Part shown: positions 61,043-64,000 of the stretch, piece after piece
Numbering within the stretch: position 1 is the stretch's first letter
Layout of the letters: each line of letters opens with the position of its first letter
Notes under the pieces: model-generated
The model's database searches: none
The model's input: the letters and a program-made list of their open reading frames with translations, nothing else
What the model was told of the DNA's origin: nothing
Made by a program: the position numbers and the translations under genes
DNA from: a virus
Virus record (IMG/VR): IMGVR_UViG_3300036795_000133
Location: 50,085 to 114,084 of that record
DNA: 64,000 bases
Reading direction: 5' to 3' (one strand)

Positions 61043-62248
61043 ATGCACGATATCACCATAGGCAGCCGTCTCAGAGCCGCCAGGCGCGAGCGGGGACTAA
61101 CCCAGGAACGGCTCGCCGAGCGGTCCGGGGTCAGCGTCGAGCTCGTCAGCGCACTGGAGCGGGGCAAGCGGGAGACCGCCCGCATCACCAGCCTCACCGA
61201 CCTGGCGAACGCCCTGGGAGTAACCGTTTCCGACCTGCTTGGCCGCCGCGAGCGATTGCAGCAGGACAACGCCGAGGGTGTTCTCGCGGTCCGCGACACG
61301 CTCTTGTCCGTCGCCGACCTGCCCGGCATCGACCTGGCGGACGACAGCGGGGAGCCGACGCCGCTGCCCGCCCTGGAGTTCGCCATCCGCCGCGGCTGGG
61401 ACCTGTACTGGGACGGGCGGCTAGCGGGGCTCGCGTCGATGCTGCCGGGCCTGATCGGGGAGGCCAGGATCACCCGCAGGGAAGGCGGCCCGCGGGCATC
61501 CGGGCCGCTCGCCCAGGCGTACCAGCTCGCCGCGGACCTGATGATCCACGCCGGGCACGACGACCTCGCCATGCTGGCCGCCGAGCGGGCGCTGACGGCG
61601 GCGGCGAACGGCGGTGACGAGCTCCAGCACGCGACCCTCGCGGGGACCGTGTCGTGGGTGCTGCTGCACCAGGGGCGCACCGCCGACGCGGAACGGGTCG
61701 CCGCTGCTGCTGCGGGACTGGCCGAGCCGCGCACGCGGGACATCTCCCCGGAGCACGTGACGGTGTACGGGTCGCTGCTGCTGTCGGCCGCCGCGCCCGC
61801 CGCCACTGCGAGCCGGGGGTCCGACGTGGAGACGTACATCGGGCTGGCCCGGTCGGCTGCGGCGCGGTGGGAGAAGGACCGGCACGACTACTGGACGAGC
61901 TTCGGCCCGACCCAGGTCGCCATGCAGGACACCTACACGTCCGCCGTCCTCGGGCGCCCCGGGCGGGCGCTGCGGGCCGCGCGGGAGGTGCGGCGGGAGA
62001 ACCTGCTCCCGATCTCGTGGGGCGCCCACCACCTCGACCGGGCGCAGGCGCTGGCGATGAACGGGAAACCCGGCAGCGACGGGAAGGCGGCGCAGGCGCT
62101 GGCAGTCGCGCACGGGGTGAGCCCAGAGTGGTTCAGGCACCAGGGTCTCGCTCGGAGCCTGACGCGCGAGCTCGCCAGCCGCAAGGCCCGGCTCGGGGAG
62201 CCGCTGAACACCCTGATGGCGAGTCTCGGGGTGCCGGATGAGGCGTGA
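61043..62248 (+). CDS. Large XRE-family regulator (HTH plus helical repeat domain)
   Basis: IGSRLRAARRERGLTQERLAERSGVSVELVSALERGKR; FGPTQVAM motif. Confidence 0.85.
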   Translation: MHDITIGSRLRAARRERGLTQERLAERSGVSVELVSALERGKRETARITSLTDLANALGVTVSDLLGRRERLQQDNAEGVLAVRDTLLSVADLPGIDLADDSGEPTPLPALEFAIRRGWDLYWDGRLAGLASMLPGLIGEARITRREGGPRASGPLAQAYQLAADLMIHAGHDDLAMLAAERALTAAANGGDELQHATLAGTVSWVLLHQGRTADAERVAAAAAGLAEPRTRDISPEHVTVYGSLLLSAAAPAATASRGSDVETYIGLARSAAARWEKDRHDYWTSFGPTQVAMQDTYTSAVLGRPGRALRAAREVRRENLLPISWGAHHLDRAQALAMNGKPGSDGKAAQALAVAHGVSPEWFRHQGLARSLTRELASRKARLGEPLNTLMASLGVPDEA

Positions 62249-62404
62249 CGCCAGTCCGTACGCCGCGTACGAGATTAGGTCCGGCCCGCGCAATCTGCCC
62301 GCATCGCCTGAGCCTCAGACAGGCGGCAGTGACCTGCCTGAACTCCCCGAACTCGTACGCCCTGTACCTGGTAAGGCGGTATTCAGGTGGATAGCGTCGC
62401 GCAC

Positions 62405-63326
62405 ATGGGAGGCGACACTGAGGCAGCGCTGCAGCCTGACGCAACCGGTACAGCCGTGAAGCAGGCACTAGAGGCGCTCCGGCTGGAGTGGGGCAACTTC
62501 TACCTCGTCGGCCACGACGACGAGCACGGGTGGTTCGCCTCGCGTCACGGCCGGGTCGGCGGCCTCCTCGAGGGGACCGGCCCGGACGAGCTCCGGGCGG
62601 CGATCGCCGCGGACTACGGCCCGGCGCGGTCATGAGCGGGAGCGGCGAGAGACAGGCGGTCGCCGGGACGCGGCCGGAGCGTGCGGCGCGGGAGGCCGCG
62701 GGATGATCGCCTGGGAGTGGAAGGCCGGGGCATCGTCCGGGCTCACCGCCGAGCGCCGTCACGCCCGCCGTCACGCGGCGGCGCGGATCCGGTCCGGCGA
62801 GGCTGACGGCGCGGTCCTGCAGAAGATCATCGTCATTACCGGGGTCGCGTCGGTCCTCGGGGACTACATGCCTGTCACCGGGACGCGGTCCGAAGGGCGC
62901 CGGGACGGTCACGGAATCGTGTGGGACGAGGGGGCGCAGAGATGACACCGGGTGACGCGCTCCGCCGCCGGCGCCGCGCCCTGGCCCTGACCGGGGAGCA
63001 GCTCGCCGCCGCCCTCGGCTGCTCCAGGGCTGCCCTCAGCCACGCGGAGACCGGGCGCCGCAGCCCGCCCCGCCCGTGGTGGTCGCTCGCTGACGGGATG
63101 CTCGGCGCAGGCGGAAGGCTGCTGCGCCTTTACGACGCCGGGCCGGAACCTGGCCCGGTATGGCCAGCGTGGGGAGAATGAGATCATGAGTGACTGCAAG
63201 AGTTTCGCCAACGGCAACGGGAACAGTCACGCGAACGGGAACGTGCTGCCTGCCTGGCTGAGGCTGAACCGGGAGTTCCGCGAGGTGTACGAGGCACGGT
63301 ACTGCTTCTGGACGGTCCAGGCCTGA
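62405..63326 (+). other. Small ORFs including an XRE HTH (62942-63181) and a 46-aa ORF (63186-63326)
   Basis: LRRRRRALALTGEQLAAALGCSRAALSHAETGRR; TAGCGT-7 nt-ATG at 62405. Confidence 0.55.
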
Positions 63327-63343
63327 ACGGCGTCATCCCCCCG

Positions 63344-64000
63344 ATGCCCCCCCCGGACCCGCTCCCGTTCAGGCCCCGCCGCACCGCCCGGGTGTTGTGC
63401 GCCCTCGCCGGCGGGATCCACGTCACGCCGGCGGACAAGGCGGACGCCGCGGCGATAGAAGCCGCCTACCCGGGCACCGGGGACCAGGTCCGTGCCCTCC
63501 GCACGCTGCACGCCCGCGCCGTGACGTGGGCCGTGTGCGGGCAGGGGGTGCGCGGGGTCGTCATCGCGGCGGCGGGGTTCCCGTGCGACCCCGACCCGCA
63601 CGAGCAGGCGCTTACCATGCTGCCGGGTACCCGGGTCGTTCTCGCCGACCCGGACGACGAGGCGGCGCTCATCAACGAGGCGGTCCTGGGCCGGGACCCG
63701 CGGGTCACCGCCGTCCGGGCACGGACGCTGGACGTGTCCGGGCTCCTGCGCTGCCCTGCCGTCCAGGCGCTGCCCCGGCCCCTGCTGCTGCTCCTGCCGT
63801 TCGTTCCCTCCCTGTGGCCGCCGGATACCGCCGCGGCGGCCCTCGCGGAGTACGCCCGGCTGCTGCCTTCCGGGTCGCTGCTGGCCCTGTCCCTGTGGGT
63901 GCCGGACGGGGGGCCTGCCGGGGAGGAGTTCACGGCGCTGTGGCGGCAGCACGCCGGGCCGCTCTGCGGGCACACGCCGGCGGACGTGGCCGGGTGGCTG
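63344..64000 (+). CDS. Actinomycete SAM-dependent methyltransferase (Methyltransf_19-like), truncated
   Basis: Read by hand: TARVLCALAGGIHVTPADKADAAAIEAAYP..ARAVTW..GFPCDPDPHE..RVVLADPD..LPSGSLLALS; open to the window end. Confidence 0.65.
   Translation, partial: MPPPDPLPFRPRRTARVLCALAGGIHVTPADKADAAAIEAAYPGTGDQVRALRTLHARAVTWAVCGQGVRGVVIAAAGFPCDPDPHEQALTMLPGTRVVLADPDDEAALINEAVLGRDPRVTAVRARTLDVSGLLRCPAVQALPRPLLLLLPFVPSLWPPDTAAAALAEYARLLPSGSLLALSLWVPDGGPAGEEFTALWRQHAGPLCGHTPADVAGWL

Noticed and set aside
491-63975. Many long ORFs in the track (e.g. 491-1858, 5812-7116, 15968-17245, 48219-49949, 63227-63973)
   Set aside because: Antisense or off-frame shadows of real genes, typical of high-GC DNA: Arg/Pro/Ala-rich and without motifs.
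1-64000. CRISPR array, tRNA, rRNA, reverse transcriptase, integrase, transposase or replicase
   Set aside because: I found no regularly spaced repeat-spacer units, no cloverleaf and no catalytic motifs for these by eye. Absence is unconfirmed without tools.

Overview
The window is high-GC DNA, most likely from an actinobacterial tailed phage or prophage, and is cut at both ends. 1-30 kb (mostly minus strand) is the morphogenesis region: tail chaperone, major tail, head-tail joining genes, decoration-like genes, major capsid, Mu gpI-like protease/scaffold, large head-associated proteins (one with a 2H phosphoesterase), gpF-like head protein, portal and terminase. The portal and one head-tail gene are each split by a small insertion. 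Four unrelated free-standing endonuclease genes are present (HNH, GIY-YIG-like, HNH-NUMOD3, LAGLIDADG-HNH). 30-41.5 kb holds VIT1-like and DUF1003-like membrane genes, an Acb4/Acb2-Tad1-type sponge candidate and about 30 small unknown ORFs. 42-45.9 kb (plus strand) is a lysis cassette plus a GH16 gene. 46-56.5 kb is the main surprise: an actinomycete conjugation module (TraB-like translocase next to a cluster of 8-bp repeats resembling clt, Spd-like membrane proteins, mIHF, two wall hydrolases, tandem WhiB, divergent GntR/Kor-like repressor) contiguous with the phage genes. 56.7-64 kb holds XRE regulators, small unknowns and a truncated SAM methyltransferase. I saw no integrase, replicase, tRNA or CRISPR array. 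All family assignments come from motif recognition and recall; no database search was run.
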